NCBI GenBank assembly: GCA_027006785.1
Contig: JALTFR010000032.1
Span: 67,685 to 131,684, forward strand
Origin: Thermoplasmata archaeon
GTDB lineage: Archaea; Thermoplasmatota; Thermoplasmata; WALJ01
DNA length: 64,000 nucleotides
Direction: 5' to 3'
Part shown: in pieces, positions 9,426-19,531 of the stretch
Layout of the letters: each line of letters begins with the position of its first letter
Position numbering within the stretch: position 1 is the stretch's first letter
The notes under the pieces: generated by a model
Databases searched by the model: none
Told to the model about the DNA's origin: nothing
What the model saw: the letters and a program-made list of their open reading frames with translations, nothing else
Position numbers and translations under genes: made by a program

Positions 9426-10301
9426 TTATCCCTCCATCTCCTCTATTCTGCCGTCCTCGTATATCTTCGCTCTCGCCCTTCTTCCTGTCCAGCACTGCGT
9501 GTTCACGGCAACAGGCAGGCTTGCGGTGTGGCAGTACGCATATTCAACCTTTACATCAAGAACCGTGGTCTTTCCACCGAGCCCCATGGGTCCTATGCCC
9601 GTCTCGTTCATGGCCTTCATCAGTTCCTCCTCAAGCTCTGCTATATCCTTCTCAGGATGCCTCTCGCCTATGGGTCTCAGAAGGGATTCCTTGGCTATGT
9701 GCATCGCTATGTCCGATGTCCCGCCTATGCCAACCCCTATTACCGTTGGAGTGCATGGCTTTCCACCTGACCTTATGACGCAGTCAAGCACGAATTCCTT
9801 TATCCCTTTCAGCCCCTGTGATGGCGTCAGCATCTTCATGAAGCTCATGTTCTCGGAACCCGCTCCCTTGGGGAATGCGATTATCTCCACATACGGGTCG
9901 TCGGTTGGGATGTAGTTTATGGCAGGCATGCCCTTCCCTATGTTGTTACCGGGATTCTTTCTTGTGATGGGGTGCACGGCATTGGGCCTTAGCGGAACCT
10001 CTTCAGTCGCCTTCTCAACCCCTTTCCTTATGGCCTTCTCGAACTCTGAGAATGAGGGTATCAGCCTGAGGTTTCCCTTAACGAAGAATATGTGCACGCC
10101 GGTGTCCTGGCAGAGCGGAAGCCCCTCGCTCTTCGCGAGCTCTATGTTCTTCATTATCGCCTTCATCTGCATCTTCGGGACCTCGCTGTCCTCCCGTTCA
10201 TAGGCCTCTTCAAGCGCTCTCACCACATCCGGCGGGCTTCCCGTGCTGGCCATTCTCAGCAGGTCCACCACGACCTTCGTGACGGTCTCTTTCTGGATCA
10301 T
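9426..10301 (-). CDS. Class I fumarate hydratase / tartrate dehydratase alpha subunit
   Basis: PLCQDTG, PKGAGSEN, KPCTP, GIGPMGLGGKTT, CHTASLPVAVNTQCW. Confidence 0.94.
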   Translation of the reverse strand: MIQKETVTKVVVDLLRMASTGSPPDVVRALEEAYEREDSEVPKMQMKAIMKNIELAKSEGLPLCQDTGVHIFFVKGNLRLIPSFSEFEKAIRKGVEKATEEVPLRPNAVHPITRKNPGNNIGKGMPAINYIPTDDPYVEIIAFPKGAGSENMSFMKMLTPSQGLKGIKEFVLDCVIRSGGKPCTPTVIGVGIGGTSDIAMHIAKESLLRPIGERHPEKDIAELEEELMKAMNETGIGPMGLGGKTTVLDVKVEYAYCHTASLPVAVNTQCWTGRRARAKIYEDGRIEEMEG

Positions 10302-10320
10302 ATGGGCACATCAGTGAAGG

Positions 10321-11262
10321 TTAATTAACGGTTTCGCCGATTATAGGATTCTTCCTTCCATCGCTGACAAGCACCACCCTGCTCGGCCTGTATTCCATCA
10401 CAACTTCCCTTCCGGTGTACTCCCCTATCTTCGCACCGAAGTCCCTTATCTCATCGTGGGACGGCATGTTGTCCATGCTCATCCGCTCTCTGGAATATCC
10501 TACGAACACATACCCCTTGGCCTCTATGAAGTCGGGGTCCGCCTTCTCGATGAGCTTCGCATACTCCTTTTCATAGCCCTGCATGTTCCAGTCCTTAACG
10601 AGCGTGTGCCTGATGACAGTCCGAGTGTCCAGCGAGGGAAGGAGTTCAAGTGTCTCATTCAACCTTTCCCAGCCATTCGGTATCATCGGCACAAGGAGTT
10701 CGTTGTAGACCTTTTCGTTGGGCGCTGCCACCGTGACATATAACTGCGTGGGCAACGGGTCAAGGTTCTCGATGGCCTTCGGAAGCGTGCCGTTCGTTAC
10801 CAGAAATGTCGTCATCCCTCTTTTGTGGGCCAGTTCTATGAACTCTCCGAGCCGGGGGTATATGGTGGGCTCGCCGCTGAGCGATATGGCTATCTGATTG
10901 GGATTGTATGCTTCCTCCCACATCTCCCTGCTCACCCTCGGGTCCCCTTTGAAACCCGATATCAGCTTTCTCTGGGCCTCTATGCTCTCCTCAAGTATGA
11001 ACTCGGGCTCATCCACCTGTTTGAGGGTGGATTCGTTGAACGCCTGGAACCTCCAGCAGAAGAGGCAGTTCTGGGTGCACTGGTTGAGCGCTGGCGACAT
11101 CTGAAGGCATCTATGGGACTGTATGCCGTAGAAGACCTCCTTGTAGCACGGCCTTCCGCGCACCAGTTTCTCCTTCAGCCAGTGGCAGAGCTTCACTCCG
11201 GAATGCTCTCCGACCACCCTGTAGTGCTGTTTCTCAAGTATCCTCTTAAGCTCGGGTTCCAT
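10321..11262 (-). CDS. taw1: 4-demethylwyosine synthase Taw1/TYW1 (radical SAM)
   Basis: HSGVKLCHW, CYKEVFYGIQSHRC, CTQNCLFCWR, ISLSGEPT, FIEAKGY. Confidence 0.95.
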   Translation of the reverse strand: MEPELKRILEKQHYRVVGEHSGVKLCHWLKEKLVRGRPCYKEVFYGIQSHRCLQMSPALNQCTQNCLFCWRFQAFNESTLKQVDEPEFILEESIEAQRKLISGFKGDPRVSREMWEEAYNPNQIAISLSGEPTIYPRLGEFIELAHKRGMTTFLVTNGTLPKAIENLDPLPTQLYVTVAAPNEKVYNELLVPMIPNGWERLNETLELLPSLDTRTVIRHTLVKDWNMQGYEKEYAKLIEKADPDFIEAKGYVFVGYSRERMSMDNMPSHDEIRDFGAKIGEYTGREVVMEYRPSRVVLVSDGRKNPIIGETVN

Positions 11263-11337
11263 GGGCCTGCTGATGAAAGCCGGTATATGTATCTTTGCAG
11301 GCAAAGCCTTAAATCCACCCGGTTCTGCGCTCTCCCG

Positions 11338-11727
11338 ATGATGCGGATACTTCTCATAGCGGCCGGCGGAGCGCTCGGCGCCCTTTTCAGATACTACCTG
11401 TCAGGCCTCCCTTACAGATACACGGAGGGCAGTTTTCCCTGGGGAACACTTCTGGTGAACCTTCTGGGTGCCTTCGTAATCGGCCTCATGTGGGGGCTGA
11501 CCGAGGATGAGAGCGTATCTCCATATCTCAAGTCCTTCGTGTTCATCGGGGTCATCGCATCCTTCACCACATTCTCCACCTTTGCACTGGAGAGCGCTCT
11601 CTTCATCCGGGATGGTGAAAATGCTCTGGCCGGAGCATACATCCTCATAATGAACCTCGGGATACTTCTGGTCTTTGCGGGACTCGCAAGTTCAAAATAC
11701 ATGAAGCTCATGGGGGGAAGCATATGA
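11338..11727 (+). CDS. crcB: Fluoride efflux channel FluC/CrcB
   Basis: GGALGALFRY, FPWGTLLVNLLG, SFTTFSTFALE. Confidence 0.93.
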   Translation: MMRILLIAAGGALGALFRYYLSGLPYRYTEGSFPWGTLLVNLLGAFVIGLMWGLTEDESVSPYLKSFVFIGVIASFTTFSTFALESALFIRDGENALAGAYILIMNLGILLVFAGLASSKYMKLMGGSI

Positions 11728-12083
11728 GGGAAGGAATGAGGAAAGGTGACGATGCTGTCCTTGTCCGGATATACATCGGAGAACTGGACCGATATCACGG
11801 AAAGAGCCTTTGGGAAGAGATATTGAAGAAGGCGAGGGAGATGGGCCTGGCAGGTTGCACCGTGCTCCACGGAGTGGCCGGCTTCGGTGCCGCGAGCCAC
11901 CTGCACACCTCAAAGGTGCTCAGGCTTTCAGAGGACCTTCCTGTTCTCATAGAGATGGTGGACAGGCAGGACAAGATAGACGAGATAATGCCATTTCTGG
12001 AGGAAGTGGTCACCGACGGGCTGATAACCACGGAGAAAGTTAAGATAGTCAAGTATGTTCACAGCAAGGGCAGCAAGGCCTGA
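11724..12083 (+). CDS. DUF190 PII-like protein
   Basis: RIYIGELD, GLAGCTVLHGVAGFG, LRLSEDLPVLIEMVD; usual crcB partner. Confidence 0.9.
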   Translation: MREGMRKGDDAVLVRIYIGELDRYHGKSLWEEILKKAREMGLAGCTVLHGVAGFGAASHLHTSKVLRLSEDLPVLIEMVDRQDKIDEIMPFLEEVVTDGLITTEKVKIVKYVHSKGSKA

Positions 12084-12091
12084 GAGCGCAG
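12058..12091. repeat. 34-bp direct repeat, left copy (islet boundary)
   Basis: TTCACAGCAAGGGCAGCAAGGCCTGAGAGCGCAG; 31/34 identical to 18387-18420. Confidence 0.9.
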
Positions 12092-12137
12092 AAAAGAGAC
12101 AGTGCATCTTATAATATAAAAAATGTAAAAAGATTTA

Positions 12138-15100
12138 TTAGGACATATCTGCCGCATCCTCGTGTTCTAGCGGCTCTTCCGGTGTATGCGAATCGCTCTC
12201 AGACATCTCTGAACCCATATCCTCCAGATTCTCATGTTGATCCATATCTTCTCCTGTGGATTTCTCCTCAACAGGTGGTTTTTTGCGCATTTTCATCACA
12301 AGGACCAGAAGAGCCAGCGCTACCAGCACTATGAGAAGTAGCACCCACCATGGGAAGGAAGACTGGGTTTGAGAAGAGGACGATGGAGATGGGGGTGCGG
12401 GGCTCAGTATGGGGGTGACAGTCGTAGAATTTCCGGGCGTTATAGTTATGTGGAGTGTTGTGGTATTGTATCCATCTGCCTCAACTATTATCTCATATGC
12501 ACCTTCAGGAATGTTTTCTATGGCAAAATCTCCGTTATCGTCTGTAGACGAAGTCTTATCTGTTCCAACAACGGTTACTGTTGCATCCGCCACAGCATTG
12601 CCGTCCGAATCCTTTACAGTCCCTGTAAGAGTGCCTGTCTCCGATGTGTTATTTCCAGTATTATTGTCGAATCCGTCTTCACTCACTGTTGTAAATCTCC
12701 AAGAGTACGGAATAAGCGCGTTTCCCGCAGGGTCGTTTCCGGTAACGGTTACGGAGTATGTGGTGTTCTCGGCCAGATTCTCTGCAAGAGTGAATACCGC
12801 CGTATCGCCCGCCCATGAGAGGGTTCCAGATACGCCCACAATGGATATTGACACGCTGGATTTGTTCATGGGTTCCGAGAAGGTCACGGTTATAGCCGTA
12901 TTCACGGGGACCGATGTGCCATCCGGGGTGTGAGAGGTTACCTCCGGGGGCGTGGTATCGATGGTAAATGTGCTGTTCGTTATATTGAGGAATCCAACCC
13001 TGTCCGTGGCCCTTACCTCAACCAGATGCTCCCCGTCCTCCAGCCCCGTGAAGGTGTGCTCCGTATCCGTGCCGACATTTATCCACATCACCTTGTCAAT
13101 TCTCACAAGGTAGTACGCAACTCCTGACCACTCATCCGAACCGCTCCACTGAACAGTGACCGAACTCGAAGAGAGAAGTGCGTCCGCGCCGGGGGATGTA
13201 ATCTCCACCGTTGGCGTGGTTATGTCGTAGCCACACAGTATGTCCGCAGTGGTCTTTGCCTCGGCATTCCCGCTCATATCCGTGGCCACGCTCATGAACT
13301 GGTAGTAGCCCTCTCCGTTCGGGAACGTGAATACGACATCTGTGGAATTTGATGTTCCGGACAGCTTAATGGCATCGCCGAACTGCACCCAGTCGGACCA
13401 TGATGAATTGTCTTCTGAGTAGCGGTAGTGGAGTGTTATGTTCTTCAGCCCGGAGTTGTCCGTCGCGTTCAATGTCAGGGTTGTCTGTGTGTGCTGCCAG
13501 TATTTGGATAGCGGTTCAATGAAGGACGATGGGGGCTCGTTCTCCTTCTCCGTTGTGAATGAAACTCCTGCGGGTGCCCCTGCCATAGAATTGCCTGCTA
13601 AGTCCTTCGCCTCGGATACCGTGAATGTGTATGTTACGGAGTTCTGGAAATCCGCATGGGTCAGGGTGGCCGTGGTGTTGTTGTTTGACCATGAAACTGA
13701 CCAGCCGCCCGGGTCAGGAGAGCAGGAATAGGAGAATGTGGATATATCTATGCTCTCGCTGAAATTGAGGAGAATGGGCTGGCTAACTGGAACTCCAGTA
13801 GTCCCGTCCTCTGGGGTGCCGCTAACAATCTCCGGCGGAACCGCATCCACATCAAAGGTCACTGAGCGTATGGTCGTGTGTCCCGCGTAATCGGTCGCCC
13901 CGATCTCAACGGTGTATGTTCTGCTGGTCAGGTTCGTGAATGTGTGGCTGGTGCTGGCACCCGCCGATGCCCATGCCGGCTGGCCGGGCGTGATTCTATA
14001 CTGATAGTACGAGATTCCGCTCCCGGAGTCGCTCCCCGTCCATGATACAGTCACATTTCCGGTTACAAGAGAGCCTTCCGCAGGGGAATCTATAGTCAGG
14101 TCTGGCGGCAGCAAATCACCTATGGCGTACATTCTTCCGCTGGCGGAGCCCACATAGATAAGGCCGTCCGCAATTGCAGGGGAAGAGCGTATGTTGGCCC
14201 CGATTGCCATGTGCCACTTCTCCGTGCCGTCTGGATTCAGTGCGTAGATGTTCCCGTCGGCGGAGCCGAAGTAAATCGTGCCGTCCTGCCCAACCGCAGG
14301 GGAAGAGACTATTGCGCCTCCTGTGGTGAAGTTCCACTCGAACGATGGCTGGTTGGAAGAGACATTCAAGGCGTGCATAACCCCCTCGTCGTCACCGATG
14401 TAGAACATGCTGCCATCTGGGTTGAATGCCACGGTGCCCTCTATTCCCGAAGTGGCGGATATGTTGATCATTCCGAGAATGCTCCCGTCGCTCTGGCTGA
14501 GGCCGTAAAGCGCCCCGTCCATGCCGCAGATGAGAACGGCGTCGTCCCCGGCCAGAGTTGGTGATGATGTGATGTTGGCATCTATCGAGGTGTTCCAGAG
14601 TATCGTGCCGTATGGATTTACAGCGTATGTCTGGTCCTTGAATGTGGAGAAGAAGATCGTGCCCGTGCTGTTGATTACCGGCGATGAAACAACCGCGGCG
14701 TTCACGGAAACATTCCACTTCTCAACCCCGTCCGGATGTATGGCATAGAGCCTGTTGCTGAGTGTACCAGCATATACCGTGCCGTCGGAGGCGACCACAG
14801 GAGAGGAATCCACCATGCCGTTCAGTTCAATCTTCCATTTCAGTGTGCCGTTGGGGTTCAGGGCGTAAAGGTAGTTATCCCGTGCTCCGAAGTAAACGGT
14901 GCCGTCATCGGCTATGGCAGGGGATGAAGCGATTACAGGCGAAGCATCCGGATGATAGGCCCACTTCTCGGTTCCATTTGGGTTCAGGGCGTAGAAGGTG
15001 CCGTCATACGAGCCGAAGTAAACCGTGCCGTCCTCCGCTATCGCAGGGGAACTCCTGACCTCTCCGCTCGTGCTGAAGTTCCAGTACTCCCACGCGCCCT

Positions 15101-18100
15101 GTGAGCCGTTGAAGTCCCCTATGCCCGTGTGAGATGCATCGTGGTGGAACATGGGCCATCCGCCTGTCGCCAGATATGTGGGTGCAGAGCCCACAGGGAA
15201 GACGAGTGGATAGTTATCGGTACCTCCTGCACCGTTTATGCTGATATAGGGCACATCGCCTATGCCATCGGTTCCGGGTATGTTCTGGGACGGCCCGGAG
15301 TAATAGTCAGCGCCATTGTAGTCTGACCAGTAATTACCTCCGGTCGGGTAAGTGGCGTTCCACACATTGCTGCCGGTATCATCGTATGCCTGAATCCCGT
15401 TGTGTATGAAACTGTTATGATATATGTTGTTACCGGAGGAACTCTGGAGGTGGAGGCCGTACTGGCCATTGTATGCAACGGTGTTGTTGTATATGATACC
15501 ATTTGCAGTGTTGTATAAGTGTAAACCTTCAAAGGTGTTATGAGATATGGTATTATTGCACAGTTTCAGGTTGCTTGGACTATAGAGTGAAATTCCGTAC
15601 TGGGTGCTGTCGTTTCCTGTGACAGAATTGTTTTCAAGCGTCAAATATATATGACTAAATCCGCCGCTATTTTGGGCATATATGCCGAAGTATCCCTGAT
15701 TGGTCCTTATGGTGTTCCCGGAAATATTGAAATAATTCTGGCCAGTCACATAGGTCCCGTTCCCTTTTCCGTGATTCTCTATGTGGTTGTTATATATGTT
15801 GGCGAGATATGTATAGGAGAACCATATCGCGTTATTCGTGTCTTTCCAGTTGATTATGGTATTGCCCGTGACATTGATGTTCACGCCACTAAAGGAGTAC
15901 ACCGCTGCACCCGAGCTGTTAACAAAGGTGTTATCGGTTATGTTCATATGATACCCATCGAATCCCAGCCCTGCTCCCCATCTGTCCTCCGAGAAATAGT
16001 TGCCTACCACCTCGTCGGAACCCTTTCCCGTATAAACGGAAAACTCGCTGAGTATTCCGACGATTGAGTTGGAGATGTTATTCCCCGCAAATCTGTTCTT
16101 TCCGATACTGCCTGTCATGTATATGCCGTAGTATGCCTCTATTGTGCTGTTCTCCACAGTGTTGTTCCATGAATGGAGAATCTGCACGCCCACATACTCG
16201 TCGGTGAGCGTCTGGTTTCTTACGAGGACGCCGGTGCAGTTCGCAAGTATGACCTCGCCGGCACCCTCAGGCACGGTCCCGCCGGTCCGGTCCTTCCAGT
16301 AGTAGACGGGCCTGTCGTTCACGGTGTTGCTGGTGTCCAGAGTGTGGGATACCGCCAGATTTTTGTTAGGGGCATATATGTAGAAACTGGTGTGGAAGAG
16401 TTTGTTCTCCCGAAGAATCTCATGGAAACCCTCTATATAAATCCCCCGCTTTGCTGACCTCCAGTTCTCGTGAATCGTGTTGTTTAGAACGGTGTTGTAG
16501 TCGGAATATCGGTCCAGGTTTATGCCCCCTTGGTTGCTATTGTACCATATCGTGTTGTCGCTTATGTTGTTGTAGTCACTGACCGCATTCTGTGAGGAAT
16601 CGTCGCACTTTGCATCTATGCCCCACTGCCCGTTGAATGAGGCGTTGTTGCCGGTAACATTGTTCCAGCCAGCCCGGTCCATCACTATGCCGTCATTGGA
16701 ATTGGAATACGCATGGTTGTCCGTAACATTGTTGTATCTCGAATCGCTACCGATGGAGATGCCATTGTAGGAGTTCGAGTGGGCATCGTTTCCGCTTATA
16801 ATATTACAGTTACTGGAAACCACGGCGGTGATCCCGTCCCTGTGATTATTCCTCACCGTGTTGTCAGAGAAGGTGTTGTGGCTTGCGCCGTACAGGACGA
16901 GGCCGTAATTGTTCTCATAGGCCGTGTTGCCGTGGACATAAATGCCTGTGGAATTTCTGACATATACGGCATAGTTGTTGTTATTTCTCCCGAGGGTGTT
17001 GTAAACCTCGCCGGCCGTTGCGTTGAATACCACTATACCGGTATCCGGGAAATACGGGAATGTGTTGACTCCCGAGGCGTTGTGAACCACCACATCGCTT
17101 ACGATGAAGTTTTTGGTGGTGTTCCCTATGTAGATGCAGTACCCGTATCCCTCACCGTCTATGTCGTAATTGGATATAACATAAGGGTTGCCCGGGCTTC
17201 CGTCTCCCGAAGATACCCCGTGCTCCGAATCGAACTCCGTGTCGTTATTTATCCGGATAGGTTTGCGGATGTACTTCATTATCGGGTAGCTGTCCGTGAC
17301 AGCGTTGGAGTATTCGGTATCGCCTATGCCGTCGCTGCCTGAGATGTTCTGACCGGGGCCGTGATACGCATCGCTTCCCGTGTAGTCGGACCAGTGGTTG
17401 CCTCCGCCGGGGTATGAGAGATTCCAGCGGTTGTGGGAATTGTCGTTCTCAAAGCCATTCGGATGTTGCCAGTCTCCATTGTACAGAATGTTGTTGTGAT
17501 ACACCAGGCTTCCGGAGGACTGGTGGTCAAACACAATCCCGTAATACCTGGAATGCACCACCGTGTTCCCGACAATCGTGTTGTTATTGCTGGAATAGGT
17601 GCACGCAATTCCGACATTGCCGGCATAGAGGACCGTGTTCCACGCTACAGTATTGTTGGAGCAACTCACATAGAGACCTATCGAGGTTCCGCTACCGTGT
17701 CCGACCATGTTGTTGGATATTGTATTGTTGGATGCTTCGTAAAGAACTATGTCTCCCGTATTGTCGCTCATGGTGTTGTGGTCGACAATGTTTCCGGTGG
17801 ACTCCCTCATGTATATGCCATAGTTGTCGCAGTTCTCCATGATGTTGCCATACACAGAAGCATTGGTCACATTGTACAGGACGAGTCCGCCATCAGGGTA
17901 GTAGGGAATGCTGTTCTTCCCGCTGGCATTGTTGAAATAGCTGTTTCTCACTATGAAATTGACTGTTGTATTGCCTATGTAAAGGCAGTAGCCATAACCG
18001 GTTCCATTGATTGCATAGTTCTCTATAATATATGGGTCAGAGGCGTTCCCGCTCCCATTCCACCCTTGGTATGCTACTTCATTCAGGAAATCACTATTGT

Positions 18101-18257
18101 TATTTATTCGTATGGGGTTTTGGGTTTTGTATGTTGGTGCTGAAGTAACGGGCTGAGAAAATGCTGTTTGTGCGTCTCTACTGTCGCTGCTCGCCACCAT
18201 AGCCAAACCGCTCACAAGGAGCATTCCTATAATCAAGATGGATAGAATTCTTTTCAA
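12138..18257 (-). CDS. Giant cell-surface glycoprotein: NosD/CASH beta-helix repeats, PQQ-like beta-propeller, Ig-like domains, carboxypeptidase-regulatory-like domain, C-terminal TM anchor
   Basis: Signal peptide; TTG start after GAGGTGA; repeated GI..S.NN.I.GN; SSPAIA.DGTVYFGS.DG..YALNPNGTEKW repeats; DTTPP Ig starts; FPWWVLLL..RKK anchor; many N-x-S/T sequons. Confidence 0.92.
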   Translation of the reverse strand: MKRILSILIIGMLLVSGLAMVASSDSRDAQTAFSQPVTSAPTYKTQNPIRINNNSDFLNEVAYQGWNGSGNASDPYIIENYAINGTGYGYCLYIGNTTVNFIVRNSYFNNASGKNSIPYYPDGGLVLYNVTNASVYGNIMENCDNYGIYMRESTGNIVDHNTMSDNTGDIVLYEASNNTISNNMVGHGSGTSIGLYVSCSNNTVAWNTVLYAGNVGIACTYSSNNNTIVGNTVVHSRYYGIVFDHQSSGSLVYHNNILYNGDWQHPNGFENDNSHNRWNLSYPGGGNHWSDYTGSDAYHGPGQNISGSDGIGDTEYSNAVTDSYPIMKYIRKPIRINNDTEFDSEHGVSSGDGSPGNPYVISNYDIDGEGYGYCIYIGNTTKNFIVSDVVVHNASGVNTFPYFPDTGIVVFNATAGEVYNTLGRNNNNYAVYVRNSTGIYVHGNTAYENNYGLVLYGASHNTFSDNTVRNNHRDGITAVVSSNCNIISGNDAHSNSYNGISIGSDSRYNNVTDNHAYSNSNDGIVMDRAGWNNVTGNNASFNGQWGIDAKCDDSSQNAVSDYNNISDNTIWYNSNQGGINLDRYSDYNTVLNNTIHENWRSAKRGIYIEGFHEILRENKLFHTSFYIYAPNKNLAVSHTLDTSNTVNDRPVYYWKDRTGGTVPEGAGEVILANCTGVLVRNQTLTDEYVGVQILHSWNNTVENSTIEAYYGIYMTGSIGKNRFAGNNISNSIVGILSEFSVYTGKGSDEVVGNYFSEDRWGAGLGFDGYHMNITDNTFVNSSGAAVYSFSGVNINVTGNTIINWKDTNNAIWFSYTYLANIYNNHIENHGKGNGTYVTGQNYFNISGNTIRTNQGYFGIYAQNSGGFSHIYLTLENNSVTGNDSTQYGISLYSPSNLKLCNNTISHNTFEGLHLYNTANGIIYNNTVAYNGQYGLHLQSSSGNNIYHNSFIHNGIQAYDDTGSNVWNATYPTGGNYWSDYNGADYYSGPSQNIPGTDGIGDVPYISINGAGGTDNYPLVFPVGSAPTYLATGGWPMFHHDASHTGIGDFNGSQGAWEYWNFSTSGEVRSSPAIAEDGTVYFGSYDGTFYALNPNGTEKWAYHPDASPVIASSPAIADDGTVYFGARDNYLYALNPNGTLKWKIELNGMVDSSPVVASDGTVYAGTLSNRLYAIHPDGVEKWNVSVNAAVVSSPVINSTGTIFFSTFKDQTYAVNPYGTILWNTSIDANITSSPTLAGDDAVLICGMDGALYGLSQSDGSILGMINISATSGIEGTVAFNPDGSMFYIGDDEGVMHALNVSSNQPSFEWNFTTGGAIVSSPAVGQDGTIYFGSADGNIYALNPDGTEKWHMAIGANIRSSPAIADGLIYVGSASGRMYAIGDLLPPDLTIDSPAEGSLVTGNVTVSWTGSDSGSGISYYQYRITPGQPAWASAGASTSHTFTNLTSRTYTVEIGATDYAGHTTIRSVTFDVDAVPPEIVSGTPEDGTTGVPVSQPILLNFSESIDISTFSYSCSPDPGGWSVSWSNNNTTATLTHADFQNSVTYTFTVSEAKDLAGNSMAGAPAGVSFTTEKENEPPSSFIEPLSKYWQHTQTTLTLNATDNSGLKNITLHYRYSEDNSSWSDWVQFGDAIKLSGTSNSTDVVFTFPNGEGYYQFMSVATDMSGNAEAKTTADILCGYDITTPTVEITSPGADALLSSSSVTVQWSGSDEWSGVAYYLVRIDKVMWINVGTDTEHTFTGLEDGEHLVEVRATDRVGFLNITNSTFTIDTTPPEVTSHTPDGTSVPVNTAITVTFSEPMNKSSVSISIVGVSGTLSWAGDTAVFTLAENLAENTTYSVTVTGNDPAGNALIPYSWRFTTVSEDGFDNNTGNNTSETGTLTGTVKDSDGNAVADATVTVVGTDKTSSTDDNGDFAIENIPEGAYEIIVEADGYNTTTLHITITPGNSTTVTPILSPAPPSPSSSSQTQSSFPWWVLLLIVLVALALLVLVMKMRKKPPVEEKSTGEDMDQHENLEDMGSEMSESDSHTPEEPLEHEDAADMS

Positions 18258-18269
18258 ACTCTCACCTCG

Positions 18270-18375
18270 AAGTATTCGACCATATGCATAAACTATATAA
18301 AACTTTTCTACAAAGAATTAATAAAACTTTTATATAATATATTAAAAAAATAATATTTAAAAATTAATTTTATAG
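18270..18375 (-). promoter_or_regulatory. AT-rich promoter region of the giant surface-protein gene
   Basis: Minus strand reads GAAAAGTTTTATAGT (BRE/TATA-like) around 18293-18307 inside an extremely AT-rich tract. Confidence 0.55.
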
Positions 18376-18386
18376 AGCCCTTCCAT

Positions 18387-18420
18387 TTCACAGCAAGGGT
18401 AACAGGGCCTGAGAGCGCAG
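18387..18420. repeat. 34-bp direct repeat, right copy (islet boundary)
   Basis: TTCACAGCAAGGGTAACAGGGCCTGAGAGCGCAG; 31/34 identical to 12058-12091. Confidence 0.9.
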
Positions 18421-19164
18421 GAATTCAAGGCTTTTCAGGGCATCGCCCATTCCCTTATCCTGCTCCAGAACGAAGTTCCCGCCATAGCCTTCGAGCGCTG
18501 AAAGAACCTTTTTCCAGTCAATATTCCCTTCACCTATCGGCAGGTGCTCGTCATCCTTTCCCATGTTGTCGTGTATGTGGATGTTTGCGAGCCGGTCCTT
18601 TCTTTTCAGGAATTCATCTATTGTTCCGATGGTGTTCGCATGGCCAACATCGAAGCACCATTTAATATCAAGGCCTTCGGTCATCTCCTCAAGTTCCCAC
18701 GGCTCGCGGCCAACGGTTATGAATGTCAGGGGCATGTTCTCAAGAGCAAGCGTTATTCCCCTGTCGAGCGCTCCCCTTTCCAGAATCCTAAGCACAGCCT
18801 TCGTCCTTTCCCTGACCTTTTCGGGAACCCTGTAAAGCGGCGTGCGAAAACCGGGATGCAATGTCATGACCTCAACTCCCAGATTTGAGGCGCTCTCCAT
18901 CGCCAGAACCATCTCCTCTATCACGGCATCCCGCACGAGAGGGCTTGCGGCCGCCAGGTTTATGTCGCTCAGCGGAGCATGGACCTGAATTAGCATATCA
19001 TTGCTTTCCAGATACTCCGAAAGCTCCTTTTCTATGTCCGGAAGCCTCAAAGTTCCCTCTGCGGTTATCTCCCAGCCGTCGAAGTGCGGTGAAATGACCT
19101 CCAGAACATCAGAAAGAGGCATGGATGAGAATGAATTGCTCGATATCAGAAGCATCTCAATCAC
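18388..19164 (-). CDS. Sugar phosphate isomerase/epimerase (xylose isomerase-like TIM barrel)
   Basis: VHAPLSDINLA, TLHPG, ALENMP, CFDVGHAN, IHIHDN.G.DDEHLPIGEG. Confidence 0.9.
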   Translation of the reverse strand: MIEMLLISSNSFSSMPLSDVLEVISPHFDGWEITAEGTLRLPDIEKELSEYLESNDMLIQVHAPLSDINLAAASPLVRDAVIEEMVLAMESASNLGVEVMTLHPGFRTPLYRVPEKVRERTKAVLRILERGALDRGITLALENMPLTFITVGREPWELEEMTEGLDIKWCFDVGHANTIGTIDEFLKRKDRLANIHIHDNMGKDDEHLPIGEGNIDWKKVLSALEGYGGNFVLEQDKGMGDALKSLEFLRSQALLPLL

Positions 19165-19531
19165 CGATGAATGTGAGCCACTGTATCAGTTTCTCAGGGC
19201 TTTCGCTCTCAATCCTTATTTCGATCTCTCCGAGCGCGGGATTGTTTCCTCCGAATGATATCTTTCCCACATATGCGGCCTGCTTGCTTATGCTGAACTC
19301 CATGATGCCACCTTTGAGATGCCCCATAAGATAATGCCTAGCAGTGTCCCTTATCCTCAGATCCCTTAAGATCTCCCTGAACCTCTCGAGGTCCGAGGCA
19401 TTTCCTGTTATCCTTTCCTTCTTCACTTCAAGCTCTGCGTCGGGGAATATTTTCAGGATAGCGCTCTTCACCTTCTCTTCAGATTCGGTCGGATAGAGGG
19501 GAGCGCCTATGCTTATGGAAGCAGCGGGCAT
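19157..19531 (-). CDS. DUF54 (UPF0201) RNA-binding domain protein
   Basis: PLYPTESEEKVKSAILKIFP, RIRDTAR, SKQAAYVGKISF. Confidence 0.88.
   Translation of the reverse strand: MPAASISIGAPLYPTESEEKVKSAILKIFPDAELEVKKERITGNASDLERFREILRDLRIRDTARHYLMGHLKGGIMEFSISKQAAYVGKISFGGNNPALGEIEIRIESESPEKLIQWLTFIGD

Larger units (their letters stand above)
12058..18420. mobile_element. Putative inserted genomic islet carrying one giant surface-protein gene (no recombinase inside)
   Basis: Bounded by 34-bp direct repeats matching the overlapping 3' ends of the flanking convergent genes; own very AT-rich promoter region. Confidence 0.6.

Noticed and set aside
11263-11337. Possible fluoride riboswitch upstream of crcB (GCTGATGA, GCCTGC/GCAGGC inverted repeat)
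   Set aside because: Lacks the GGCGAUG 5' stem and pseudoknot, and lies upstream of the probable crcB TATA box; likelier promoter DNA.
18270-18375. Very AT-rich tract as a replication origin
   Set aside because: No ORB repeats or cdc6/orc1 nearby; explained as the islet gene promoter region.
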